Of a stretch of 64,000 nt of DNA, positions 10,483-19,924 are shown piece by piece. The position numbers and the translations under genes are program-made. The stretch is from Bythopirellula sp. (lineage in GTDB: Bacteria > Planctomycetota > Planctomycetia > Pirellulales > Lacipirellulaceae): NCBI GenBank assembly GCA_965216565.1, contig OZ244170.1, positions 2,912,001-2,976,000 of the forward strand, read 5' to 3'. The notes beneath the pieces are model-generated. The model saw only the letters and a program-made list of their open reading frames with translations, made no database searches and was not told where the DNA came from. The stretch's first letter is position 1; each line of letters begins with the position of its first letter.

Positions 10483-11055
10483 ATGCCTGAATACGTTCCT
10501 CTAATCATCGTCGCCTGCGTTTTTGGCTTGCCGCTGCTATGGCTGCTGGTGAATTACAATCGCTTTGTACGAGTGAAGCAGCACCTCCGCGAGAGTTGGG
10601 CCGACATCGACGTGGAGATGAAGCGACGCTACGACCTGATTCCCAACCTGGTCGCAACGGTCAAAGGTTATGCCACCCACGAGCAAGACGTCCTGACCCA
10701 GGTGGTAGAACTTCGCAATCGCGCGCTGGCCAGCACCGGAAACGCTACCGAGCAGGCCGTCGACGAAACAGCCCTGGCGATTGGCATGAAGCGTCTATTC
10801 GCCGTCGCAGAAAACTACCCCGATTTGAAGGCGGACGTCCACTTTCTCGCGCTGCAAAAAGAGCTTGCCAACACCGAGGACCGCATCGCCGCATCCAGAC
10901 GTTTCTTCAACGGCAACGTCCGCGAATTGAACCAACTCTGCGAGCAGTTCCCCACGAACATCATCGCAGGGTTGTTTGGCTTCGAGCGAGCGGAGTACTT
11001 CGAACTGGCCAGCGAGGCAGAGCGCGTGGTACCGCGGGCCAGCATAATTACCTAA
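10483..11055 (+). CDS. lemA: LemA family protein
   Basis: TM helix then YN, WADIDVEMKRRYDLIPNLV, AENYPDLKA, FPTNIIA; likely ATG at 10483. Confidence 0.93.
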   Translation: MPEYVPLIIVACVFGLPLLWLLVNYNRFVRVKQHLRESWADIDVEMKRRYDLIPNLVATVKGYATHEQDVLTQVVELRNRALASTGNATEQAVDETALAIGMKRLFAVAENYPDLKADVHFLALQKELANTEDRIAASRRFFNGNVRELNQLCEQFPTNIIAGLFGFERAEYFELASEAERVVPRASIIT

Positions 11056-11087
11056 GGCACACGACACAGACTCGCTTCTATCTATTC

Positions 11088-11411
11088 CTACGGAATCTCT
11101 TGGTCTTCAAGCAGTTCTTGCCCTTTGCCACGAACCCTGAGAATGGTTATCCGAGTTCCTTCGATAATGAATACTGCTCGGTAATGGTCGCCCGATGGGG
11201 TTTTGAAGAGCGCCTGCCTGAGATTTCGCTTTATCGCAGGCTCTTCTTGGGCAGGACTACACAATAGCGGATTGTTCAGAATTCTAGCTTGTGCTGATTC
11301 GTAGGCTTCGATCCAATTCAGCACTCCTTTGATAGACCGTTCACCAATATATTCGGCGATCGTTTCTGCATCCCCGATAGCAAGAGGATGTATCGCGAGG
11401 CTAAAACTCAT
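11088..11411 (-). CDS. Type II toxin, ParE/RelE family
   Basis: 107 aa; A..D...I..YI N-terminus, YRAVF..EG.RITILRVR C-terminus; 4-nt overlap with the upstream small gene. Confidence 0.8.
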   Translation of the reverse strand: MSFSLAIHPLAIGDAETIAEYIGERSIKGVLNWIEAYESAQARILNNPLLCSPAQEEPAIKRNLRQALFKTPSGDHYRAVFIIEGTRITILRVRGKGQELLEDQEIP

Positions 11412-11647
11412 TCTCGAAGCTTCTTGTCGAGTTTAGCTCGCAACTGCTGCATAGCCTCTTCTGCAGGAACTCCCCGTTCCCCAGCATCGTAGCTTTCTAG
11501 AGCTTCGCGAACGGCGCTCAAGTCTTGCCGATTGAGAGCCTGCCAGCGGTCGATTACGACATCGAGAGAAAGCTCAGGGTTCCCCTGCTCTTCAACAAAA
11601 CGCTTCGCAAAGGCGTTGAAGTCAGAAATCTCATCGGCGATGCTCAT
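11408..11647 (-). CDS. Putative antitoxin of the ParE/RelE module
   Basis: 79 aa, acidic, AVREALESYDAGERGVPAEEA pattern; ATGA overlap with the toxin. Confidence 0.75.
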   Translation of the reverse strand: MSIADEISDFNAFAKRFVEEQGNPELSLDVVIDRWQALNRQDLSAVREALESYDAGERGVPAEEAMQQLRAKLDKKLRE

Positions 11648-11695
11648 AAACTAATTGTAGCATCTGTCTGCAAGATGTGGGCAAGCTATCTGCCT

Positions 11696-12703
11696 TTACG
11701 CCGCCTTGCGGACGTCTTTTAGCCGCACGACATCCCACGCCAGACCGAGCTTTTCCATTGCCAGGATTACCCAGTAGGTGACGTCGATTTCCCACCAACG
11801 ATGGCCTTGGCTGGCGACGCGTTGGTAGGCATGGTGGTTGTTGTGCCAGCCTTCGCCAAACGCGAGTAAACCAACCCACCATAGATTGCGGCTATTGTCG
11901 TCCGTCTCGTAATTGCGATATCCCCAGAGATGGGTCGCTGAATTGACAAACCAAGTCACGTGCAAGACGTAGACCATTCTGACGCCGAGGCCCCAGAACA
12001 CCATCGAACCGCCTGCCCAGGCGGAGCCTAGACCCCAACTCTCAGGACCGAAATATCCACAGAGGAACAAGATTCCTGCCAGCACGAAATGCGAAGGCAA
12101 GAACATATGATGGATCGCTACCATCATTTTGTCTTTCACAATATCAGGAGCATAACGCTTCAGAAGTTCATAGTGCCATTTGCGCCCAAAGTCGGGCATA
12201 AACCACAATAGGTGGCTCCAGGTGGTGCCGTCTTTGGGCGAATGCGGATCGCCGTCGTGATCACTGTAAGCATGATGCTTGCGATGTTGGGCAACCCAGG
12301 TCAGTGCCGAGCCCTCTCCGGATAACCCCCCTAAGAAAGCCAACAACCAACGCACGGGGCGATAGGTTTTAAAGCTCTGGTGCGTTAGCAAGCGATGATA
12401 GCCCATGCAGACGCCCATGCTTCCGGTGATGAAAGCAAGGATGATGCAGGTGACTAGCGCAGGCACCGTGAAGAAAAACGGAGCAATCAGCGCCAGGACG
12501 TGGACCAATACTATCCAAATCACTATGGGCCAATTCAGTCCACAATCTCCCAGGGTGTTTGCGTCGATCGCAATCGAACCACGGTCGGCCAACGATGCAT
12601 CTCCTACACGGTCCATGCCATCGGAAGAAGGGGAAGCATCAACATGTTTAACAACTGCGCGTCGACTGCGACGTGCATTTCGTTCTGAACTACTTTGCGT
12701 CAC
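11696..12703 (-). CDS. Membrane fatty acid (delta-9-like) desaturase
   Basis: Three His boxes HRLLTH, HRKHH, HNNHH; DPHSP, NSATH. Confidence 0.92.
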   Translation of the reverse strand: MTQSSSERNARRSRRAVVKHVDASPSSDGMDRVGDASLADRGSIAIDANTLGDCGLNWPIVIWIVLVHVLALIAPFFFTVPALVTCIILAFITGSMGVCMGYHRLLTHQSFKTYRPVRWLLAFLGGLSGEGSALTWVAQHRKHHAYSDHDGDPHSPKDGTTWSHLLWFMPDFGRKWHYELLKRYAPDIVKDKMMVAIHHMFLPSHFVLAGILFLCGYFGPESWGLGSAWAGGSMVFWGLGVRMVYVLHVTWFVNSATHLWGYRNYETDDNSRNLWWVGLLAFGEGWHNNHHAYQRVASQGHRWWEIDVTYWVILAMEKLGLAWDVVRLKDVRKAA

Positions 12704-12978
12704 GGATGGTGTTCCTCGTCCAATGTGCCACGTACGAATGGTTGGGTGCGACTAAAAAAGGTGGGATCTCGGTAGTTGAGATTGTAGTCGTACGACGCTG
12801 AAACTTTGAAAGTATCAAAGGGGATAAGATAGGAAAAAAACCGCCTCTTTACTAGAGGAAACGTCTGCTAGCAGCAAAAAACTTACTCTCATTCTTAGCC
12901 AAGAAATCTTGGACTGACAAGGAGGCTAAATTGGCCAGTTCCTGCAAAACGGCCATTACTTAGCCCTACTGGAGCCGA

Positions 12979-15498
12979 TCACCGCGGCGGGTTGCCGGGA
13001 TTGAGGTAAGTAGACACCTGAAATGTGTCGGGCGAAATCACGAATGACGTCGCCCCGCAGTCGGAAGTATGTCGAACCTCAGCCCCAAGTGCCCGATAGC
13101 TCTCAGCGGTAAAGTCATCGCGACCGTTCGTGTTTCGACCGCTGACAACCACCCACTCCGGTGTGCACCAGGCAGCAAAGCCGGGCGGATCGCTACGCAC
13201 ACTGCCGTGATGAGGGGCAAGCAAAATATTGCAGTCCAACGCTGGTTCTGCCATCACAGCCTCGATCCCCGGCGATTCCAAGTCTCCGGGCAGCAGAATC
13301 GTTTGTCCTGCATAACGGATGCAAAGCATGATGCTGTTCGCATTGTCGCGACCTGCAACCCCAGTCCGGGGAGGATGCAAAACCTCAATCGAAACATCTG
13401 TCGATGCCGTGGCAAGATTGTCGTTCATCCAAACTTCTTCGATAGGTACGTCAGCGGCGACCAACGTCTCTTTCAAATAGTTGGGAGCCGTCAACTGACC
13501 TTGCGTGGCCCAAGGATCAAACATCAATGGAGAAACATACACGGTCTCGATGGGTACTCGGTCGAGAAGATCTGGGATGGCGTTGTAGTGGTCGATGTCG
13601 GCATGCGATAAAACCACGGCATCGATTCTAGAAATTCCCTGCGACCAAAGAAACGAAGCAATCGATCGGCTAGCCCCTTCGGGCGATCCCAAACTGCCTG
13701 CGTCGTACAGTAACGTCTGACCGCCGGGAAGTTCTACGACGACGCACGTCCCGTGACCAATTGCCAGAAAGGTGCATTGCAATTGCGACTTTTTCATGCG
13801 AAGTGAACTCGCACCAAACCCAACCGATATCCACATCGCGACGGCAGCCAGTTGCCACTTCCAATCGATACTACGATTGGCTAATAGCGCAATAATCCCA
13901 AGCAACGCGTATAACCCCAGCAACCACCAAGCTGCCGGACCGGCGGTGAAGAAGTGCCCAATCTCCCAACCCGCGGCGAACTCCACACACGACTCGGTGA
14001 CTGCCAAACAAAATGAAATTAAACTTCCCAACACGTACCCCACCGGAGGCAAAACCCAGCCGACAATGCAGAGAGCAAATTCAGCCACCAAGGCAATCGC
14101 CACCAGCAGCCAGATCATAGGAGTTAGCAACACGCTCACTGGCGCTGCCATGTGGAAGTGGTAGGCCACCAGCGGAGCGGTAACAAGCCAGATCACCAGG
14201 GAGATCAGAACAAGCTGAACGAACCAGGTCCGACACGATTCCAGCAACTTCTGCTGCCAAGGCTTATAAGTTTCAATCAAATCGGCCAACGGGTCGAACG
14301 TGTGACGACGCTCAGCAAACCCTAGAAACCAGGCAATTGCGGAGACGCATAGAAAACTTAATTGGGTGCCACCGCGGAATAGCTCGCCTGGATTGATCGC
14401 CAGCACAATCATTGCTGCGACCGCGATGAGGTTTGCTCGCGTGGACCGTCTCCCCAAGAATACCGAAGTCATCGCCACCAAGATCAAGATGGTGGCCCGC
14501 AGTACCGGTGGACGAGCGCCTACGATTAACGCATAAGCCACTATCAAAACCGTCGAGGCAGCCAATGCCGTCCGTGGCGCAAGAATTCCAGCCCGCACGA
14601 AAAGCCATAGTATCGTCGCCAGAAATCCCACGTGTAGGCCTGATACCACTAGCAAGTGCACGGTGCCAGTATGCAAAAACGAGGCGAACTTTTCTTCAGT
14701 CAGCCGCTCTCGCTGGCCTAACATCAGGGCCAGTGCCAGATCGCGCTGTTCGGCGTCGACATACTTTGTGATTTGATATTCGCACCAACGTGTAGCGCGA
14801 TCCAGAAAACTCGTTGGTTGAAACGCAGTGACCTGCTCCACGGTCACGCATTGGGGCATGCGGCAGAAGAGTTCGACAAAGCGTCCCGCACCGCGTTCTG
14901 CTTCGGCCCACTCATATTGGCCCGGGTTAATTGCCGGGCGAGGCCGGCCAAACTGGCCGAAGAGTTCGAGCTGATCGCCTCGCTGAATCTTCGCCAGCTT
15001 TCCTTCCACTCGCAGATTGCAACGGCCCGAGGTCCGAATCCAATCGCTACCATCGCGAACCGCGGTTAAGGAAACGGGGATCACACTCCGCGAACCCTCG
15101 GGCACAACCCTCAATGGGTTTGCCTTAGGTGCTGGTGTCCACTGAGCGCGACCCAGGGCAACCGCGCGCACACAAATGGGTTCTGAACGCGTTTCAGCAA
15201 ATCGCGCTAGATGGCTATCGCCCAAATAATTCCAGCACTCGTGATGCCATGCGCCGCTAAGCGCAGCAAATGAACCAAGCAAGAACCAAGCCGAGAGCCG
15301 AGGGGAGTTGCTACGCAACGAGAAATAAGTTGCCAGCACGCAAGACAAAGCTAGCGACCACCAACCGTAAAGCCCCACGCTTCCCAGCACCGAACCCACG
15401 TATCGATCTGCAACGATCCCAGTCATCATCGCCAACGCGACCCAAAGTAGCGGCCGATAAGTCGGCACTTGCAGGCAAGTCGTGGGAGCAGGTTGCAT
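12979..15498 (-). CDS. comEC: ComEC/Rec2 competence protein
   Basis: Multiple TM helices, HLLVVSGLHV, QLSF, metallo-beta-lactamase domain SHADIDH, PHHGS. Confidence 0.93.
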   Translation of the reverse strand: MQPAPTTCLQVPTYRPLLWVALAMMTGIVADRYVGSVLGSVGLYGWWSLALSCVLATYFSLRSNSPRLSAWFLLGSFAALSGAWHHECWNYLGDSHLARFAETRSEPICVRAVALGRAQWTPAPKANPLRVVPEGSRSVIPVSLTAVRDGSDWIRTSGRCNLRVEGKLAKIQRGDQLELFGQFGRPRPAINPGQYEWAEAERGAGRFVELFCRMPQCVTVEQVTAFQPTSFLDRATRWCEYQITKYVDAEQRDLALALMLGQRERLTEEKFASFLHTGTVHLLVVSGLHVGFLATILWLFVRAGILAPRTALAASTVLIVAYALIVGARPPVLRATILILVAMTSVFLGRRSTRANLIAVAAMIVLAINPGELFRGGTQLSFLCVSAIAWFLGFAERRHTFDPLADLIETYKPWQQKLLESCRTWFVQLVLISLVIWLVTAPLVAYHFHMAAPVSVLLTPMIWLLVAIALVAEFALCIVGWVLPPVGYVLGSLISFCLAVTESCVEFAAGWEIGHFFTAGPAAWWLLGLYALLGIIALLANRSIDWKWQLAAVAMWISVGFGASSLRMKKSQLQCTFLAIGHGTCVVVELPGGQTLLYDAGSLGSPEGASRSIASFLWSQGISRIDAVVLSHADIDHYNAIPDLLDRVPIETVYVSPLMFDPWATQGQLTAPNYLKETLVAADVPIEEVWMNDNLATASTDVSIEVLHPPRTGVAGRDNANSIMLCIRYAGQTILLPGDLESPGIEAVMAEPALDCNILLAPHHGSVRSDPPGFAAWCTPEWVVVSGRNTNGRDDFTAESYRALGAEVRHTSDCGATSFVISPDTFQVSTYLNPGNPPR

Positions 15499-15663
15499 AG
15501 GCCGTTTGCATCCAGTGGGAACTCACATTTTCACTGCGGATGATTCTACCAGGCGGGCTTCGCCAGCGAAATCGGACGACTTGGCTTGAATTCGCGGGCG
15601 GCAAGGGAAACAATACGCCTTCTTCCCCGTCATCCCGCCTGCCATTCAGGAGAGTCACCCTCC

Positions 15664-17835
15664 ATGCGATCCACCACAGTCTATCAGCCCAGCCTGCAAC
15701 TACTTCTGGCAGCCCTGGCGACTTGTTTCACGCTTTCGCAACTCTCGCGTGCCGTGAGCGTTGCCTCCAATCCTTCAGCCACCGCGGATTCGTCGGAAAC
15801 CGCAAAGGAGCCTACCTTGATTCCCCGCAGCGTTCTCTTTGGCAATCCAGAAAAAGCTATGGCACGGATTAGCCCGAATGGTAAATGGCTCAGCTACCTG
15901 GCCCCCGTCGATGGCATTCTCAACGTTTGGGTGGGCCCACTTGATGCCCCAGACCAGGCCAAGCCCGTGACCAAGGATAAGGACCGAAACATCCAGGGCT
16001 ATCGCTGGGCGTACAACGGCGATCAAATTCTTTACAGTCAGGACAAGGAAGGCGACGAAAACTGGCACGTCTACGCCACGAACGTCGAGACGGGTGAAAC
16101 CACTGACCTGACGCCACTTGAAGGCATCCACGCTCGCATACAAGAAACAAGCCAAAAATTTCCCAACGAAATTCTGGTTGGCCTCAACGACCGCGAACCA
16201 CGCTTCCACGACATTTACCATGTGAATCTTGAGACTGGCGAGCGAAAGCTAGTGCAAGAAAATCCTGGCGTAGCAGCCTACGTGACCGACGACGATTTCA
16301 ACGTTCGGTTTGCCTTCAACTTCACACCTGACGGCGGGCAGGTGTTACTCAAACCGAAAGTTGAGGGCGAGACCGGCAAGGATGCCGAGTGGGATGAGTT
16401 CATCAAGGTTGGCCCCGAAGATGCGATGAACACCTCGCCGGCTGGCTTCGACAAGACCGGTCGCATTCTTTACCTGCAAGATAGTCGAGAGCGTGACACT
16501 AGCGGACTGTTCGCACTGAACCTCGACACTGGCGAGCAAACGCTCGTGGCAGAAGATCCCCGTGCCGATATTGGCGGTGCCATTACGCATCCCACCGAAA
16601 AAACGATCGAGGCGGTTAGCTTCACTTACTCCCGCACCGAATGGACCATTCTGGACGAATCCATTCGCGATGATCTCGACTACCTCAACTCCGTGGAAGA
16701 TGGCGAGCTGGTGGTCACTGGCCGCACGCTCGACGATTCGCTGTGGACCGTCGCCTTTGTTCTGGATGATGGCCCGCTGAAGTATTACGTCTACGACCGG
16801 AAAAATCGCCAAGCAAAATTCCTGTTCAGTAGCCGCGATGACTTGGACGACTACCAACTCGTGAAGATGCGTACGCCTGTGATTGACTCGCGGGATGGTC
16901 TCAATCTCGTGAGCTATTTGTCGCTGCCCCTCGACAGCGATGCCGATGGTGACGGGCGTCCCGACAAACCGCTACCCATGGTTCTCGATGTGCATGGCGG
17001 ACCGTGGGCTCGCGACGGTTGGGGATACAACTCCACGCACCAGTGGCTCGCCAATCGAGGCTATGCCGTGTTGAGCGTCAATTACCGTGGTTCGACCGGC
17101 TTTGGCAAGAATTTTGTCAATGCCGCCAATGCCGAGTGGTCTCGCAAGATGCACGACGATTTGATCGATGCCGTCAATTGGGCCGTGGAAGAAGGCATTG
17201 CTGACAAAGACAAGGTTGCCATCATGGGTGGTAGCTACGGCGGCTATGCCACGCTCGTCGGGCTGACGTTCACTCCTGATGTGTTTGCCTGCGGTGTCGA
17301 CATAGTTGGCCCTTCGAGTCTGGTGACGTTGATGGAGAACATTCCACCCTATTGGTATTCGTTCTTGCCCGTCATGAAAATTCGTGTTGGCGATGCCAGC
17401 ACCGAAGAAGGCCGTGCGGAACTTCTTAAGCGTTCCCCACTTTCATTGGTTGATAAGATCAAAAAGCCGCTCCTCATCGGCCAAGGTGCCAACGACCCGC
17501 GCGTGACGCAGCTCGAGGCGGACCAAATCGTCGAGGCGATGACCGCTAACAACATCCCCGTGACTTACGTGCTGTATCCCGACGAAGGGCATGGTTTTTC
17601 AGGCGAGCACAATCGCATGTCGTTTAATGCGGTGACCGAGGCTTTCCTGGCCGAGAACCTCGGCGGTCGTTTCCAGCCGGTGGGTAACGACTTTGAAGAG
17701 TCGAGCCTGTACATCCCCACCGGGGCGGACGACGTACCCGGCGTGGCAGACGCCCTTCCTGAGGGACGAGCGGAAATGCCACCCGTGGAAGAAGAGGCTG
17801 ACGAGAACGAAGCGGCCGCCGCGTCGCCTGAGTGA
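15664..17835 (+). CDS. Secreted S9 family peptidase
   Basis: Signal peptide, beta-propeller region, VHGGPW, GGSYGG nucleophile, DPRV, DEGHGF; likely ATG at 15664. Confidence 0.92.
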   Translation: MRSTTVYQPSLQLLLAALATCFTLSQLSRAVSVASNPSATADSSETAKEPTLIPRSVLFGNPEKAMARISPNGKWLSYLAPVDGILNVWVGPLDAPDQAKPVTKDKDRNIQGYRWAYNGDQILYSQDKEGDENWHVYATNVETGETTDLTPLEGIHARIQETSQKFPNEILVGLNDREPRFHDIYHVNLETGERKLVQENPGVAAYVTDDDFNVRFAFNFTPDGGQVLLKPKVEGETGKDAEWDEFIKVGPEDAMNTSPAGFDKTGRILYLQDSRERDTSGLFALNLDTGEQTLVAEDPRADIGGAITHPTEKTIEAVSFTYSRTEWTILDESIRDDLDYLNSVEDGELVVTGRTLDDSLWTVAFVLDDGPLKYYVYDRKNRQAKFLFSSRDDLDDYQLVKMRTPVIDSRDGLNLVSYLSLPLDSDADGDGRPDKPLPMVLDVHGGPWARDGWGYNSTHQWLANRGYAVLSVNYRGSTGFGKNFVNAANAEWSRKMHDDLIDAVNWAVEEGIADKDKVAIMGGSYGGYATLVGLTFTPDVFACGVDIVGPSSLVTLMENIPPYWYSFLPVMKIRVGDASTEEGRAELLKRSPLSLVDKIKKPLLIGQGANDPRVTQLEADQIVEAMTANNIPVTYVLYPDEGHGFSGEHNRMSFNAVTEAFLAENLGGRFQPVGNDFEESSLYIPTGADDVPGVADALPEGRAEMPPVEEEADENEAAAASPE

Positions 17836-17904
17836 ATGTGGTAGCAAGTCTTTTTTGGAATTATGCTTGTCAATCTCCACAATCGAGCCGACAATGGAGG
17901 TGTA

Positions 17905-17988
17905 ATGCACGCGAATACTTTTAACTTCTGGTTTACGACCGCTCGCTACTTCTATTTTGGCAGTAGCGGGGCTGGAGGTTTTGCGTAG
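17905..17988 (+). CDS. Aromatic-rich leader peptide MHANTFNFWFTTARYFYFGSSGAGGFA (27 aa)
   Basis: GGAGG at 17896-17900, ATG at 17905, TAG at 17986-17988; 9 of 27 codons aromatic; upstream of DAHP synthase. Confidence 0.85.
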   Translation: MHANTFNFWFTTARYFYFGSSGAGGFA

Positions 17989-18054
17989 GCGTTACTACAA
18001 ATCCTACAAAGCAAAGACCCCGAGCACCGCAATTGTGGTTCTCGGGGTTTTTTT
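17942..18054 (+). promoter_or_regulatory. Transcription attenuator (alternative 1:2, 2:3 and 3:4 hairpins)
   Basis: CTCGCTAC/GTAGCGGG (17942-17970); GGTTTTGCGTAGG (17977-17989) can pair with CCTAC..GCAAAGACC (18003-18019), overlapping the terminator 5' arm. Confidence 0.8.
18013..18054 (+). terminator. Intrinsic terminator of the aroF leader
   Basis: ACCCCGAG-C-ACCGCAATTGTGGT-T-CTCGGGGT followed by a T run. Confidence 0.88.
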
Positions 18055-18090
18055 GTTGGTGCATTGAGAACGAAAATAATGCGTTTCCAC

Positions 18091-18133
18091 GTCCCCCTCC
18101 CCCGTTTTCGGGGGAGGAGTTAGGAGAGGGGGC
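18091..18133. repeat. REP-like CCCCTC(T)CCCC..GGGGAGAGG..AGGGGG element
   Basis: Related copies at 33206-33269, 33982-34019, 41914-41943; partial copy at 30111-30148. Confidence 0.7.
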
Positions 18134-18208
18134 TGTCAGTGTTGAGATAGCAGCCTTAGACAAACTTCGCCAATTAGGCATACAAACTAATCTACAGGAG
18201 TAAACAAA

Positions 18209-19225
18209 ATGATCATCGTCATGAAGCAAAACGCACCGACCGATGAGATCGACCACGTCGTCTCGAGCGTCAAGGAACTAGGGCTGAAACCAGTTATCAT
18301 CGAGGGCACCGAACGGACCGTCGTGGCAGTGGTGGGCGAAGAACGGGACGCCGGCATCATGGCCCTGGAAAGTAGCCCGGGCGTGGACGAAATCCTTCCG
18401 ATTGTCGCCCCCTACAAACTCGCGAGTAAAGAAGTCCGCCCCGAGCCCAGTACGGTCAAAGCGGGCAGCCTCACCGTGGGCAACGGCAAGATCGGTGTGA
18501 TTGCCGGGCCGTGCTCGGTAGAGAGCGAAGATCAACTGATGGAAACAGCTCACGCCGTCAAGAAAGCTGGTGCCACAGCACTCCGCGGCGGTGCGTTCAA
18601 GCCACGCACCAGCCCCTATAGTTTCCAAGGTTTAAAGGAAGAAGGTTTGAAACTACTGGCCGAGGCTCGCAATCAAACCGGACTGGCCGTAGTGACCGAA
18701 GTGGTGTCGCCCGACGATGTTGACTTGGTTTGCGAATATGCAGACGTCTTGCAAATTGGCGCACGCAATATGCAGAACTACCGCTTGCTGGAAGCGGTGG
18801 GCCGTTGCCCGAAGCCGGCACTTCTGAAACGTGGCCCCAGTGCCACCGTCGACGAGTGGCTGTTGGCAGCCGAGTACATCCTCGACGGAGGCAATCACAA
18901 CGTGATGCTCTGCGAGCGCGGCATTCGCACCTACGAGGCGCACACCCGGTTCACCTTGCCGCTGGCCTCGGTGCCCTACGTGCAACAAAAGACGCACCTA
19001 CCCATCGTCATCGACCCCAGCCACGGCACAGGCCACACCTACATGGTACCTGCGCTTTCACGGGCAGCGATTGCCGCTGGGTGCGACGGCCTCATCGTCG
19101 AAGTCCACCGCAATCCCGACAAAGCGATGAGCGACGGCTATCAATCGATGACGCACGATCAGTTCGAAGAGATGATGACCGGTTGCCAGAAGGTAGCGGC
19201 GGCGATGGATTGCGAGTTGGGATAG
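18209..19225 (+). CDS. aroF: DAHP synthase, type I-beta with N-terminal regulatory domain
   Basis: MIIVMK N-domain, [40 protein letters not shown]. Confidence 0.95.
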   Translation: MIIVMKQNAPTDEIDHVVSSVKELGLKPVIIEGTERTVVAVVGEERDAGIMALESSPGVDEILPIVAPYKLASKEVRPEPSTVKAGSLTVGNGKIGVIAGPCSVESEDQLMETAHAVKKAGATALRGGAFKPRTSPYSFQGLKEEGLKLLAEARNQTGLAVVTEVVSPDDVDLVCEYADVLQIGARNMQNYRLLEAVGRCPKPALLKRGPSATVDEWLLAAEYILDGGNHNVMLCERGIRTYEAHTRFTLPLASVPYVQQKTHLPIVIDPSHGTGHTYMVPALSRAAIAAGCDGLIVEVHRNPDKAMSDGYQSMTHDQFEEMMTGCQKVAAAMDCELG

Positions 19226-19252
19226 CGGTGGGGAGTGATCGATAGTTGTTTG

Positions 19253-19335
19253 ATAACCACAAAAAGCACAAGGAGGCACGAAAGAGTGTATGCAATGAAT
19301 CTCTTTTTGTGACTCTTTGTGTTCTTCGTGGCTAT
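19253..19335. repeat. Inverted short-repeat element (CACAAA/CACGAA-type)
   Basis: ATAACCACAAAAAGCACAAGGAGGCACGAAAGAG and CTTTTTGTGACTCTTTGTGTTCTTCGTGGCTAT. Confidence 0.7.
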
Positions 19336-19597
19336 TGTTAGCAGGATTGGCTGAAGTTGGGTGGCAGCTACACTTGTCCGCAGTGGACGTCGCCACTTAG
19401 AAACTATATTCGGACACGTGTCGGTGTCGCTTGCGACAGGAGGCTCGCCCGGTTTGGCTCCGGTGCTTTGCACACGGCTAGTCGACCCAAAGTAATTACT
19501 CGCTTGGCTGCCTGATCGCCATCCGACTGTTCGGGCTACATGCGGGCATTCTCATAAACCAGCATTTTTCTCCATCGTTGTGTTAAGGGGAACATTA

Positions 19598-19828
19598 ATG
19601 GGTCGAATCACTGAAGTATTCATAATCGAAGAACTATGCCTGTTACATGGAATGTGCGTGCCCGAGTGTCCGGAAGTCTTCCGGATTCGGGACGGCGATT
19701 CATTTGCCTCTATTACCCCGAACGCCGAAAAGTACTTTGAGACCCTGGACGGAGACATTCGTTCAGCTATGGAGTGCTGCCCTATGTCATGCATCCAGGT
19801 TGTCGAAGTCGATGACTCAAGTCCTTAG
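19598..19828 (+). CDS. Monocluster ferredoxin, CxxHxxC...CP type
   Basis: CLLHGMCVPECPEVF...ECCPMSCI; ATG at 19598 after AAGGGG. Confidence 0.8.
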   Translation: MGRITEVFIIEELCLLHGMCVPECPEVFRIRDGDSFASITPNAEKYFETLDGDIRSAMECCPMSCIQVVEVDDSSP

Positions 19829-19924
19829 CGGCGGCCCATCGATTTCTCTCGTTCGAGCGCAACCCACACGATGGGCCTAACGTCACCATCCTACCTCTGA
19901 ATCAGCAATCGCCCTATATAGATC

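Noticed and set aside
9520..11267. Long alternative ORFs 9520-10326 (-) and 10539-11267 (+)
   Set aside because: They overlap better-supported genes (DUF3137-like, lemA) and have no recognisable motifs.
19336..19895. Integron cassette around the ferredoxin
   Set aside because: GTT and AAC motifs occur, but I could not build a convincing attC with paired R and L boxes, and no integrase is present.
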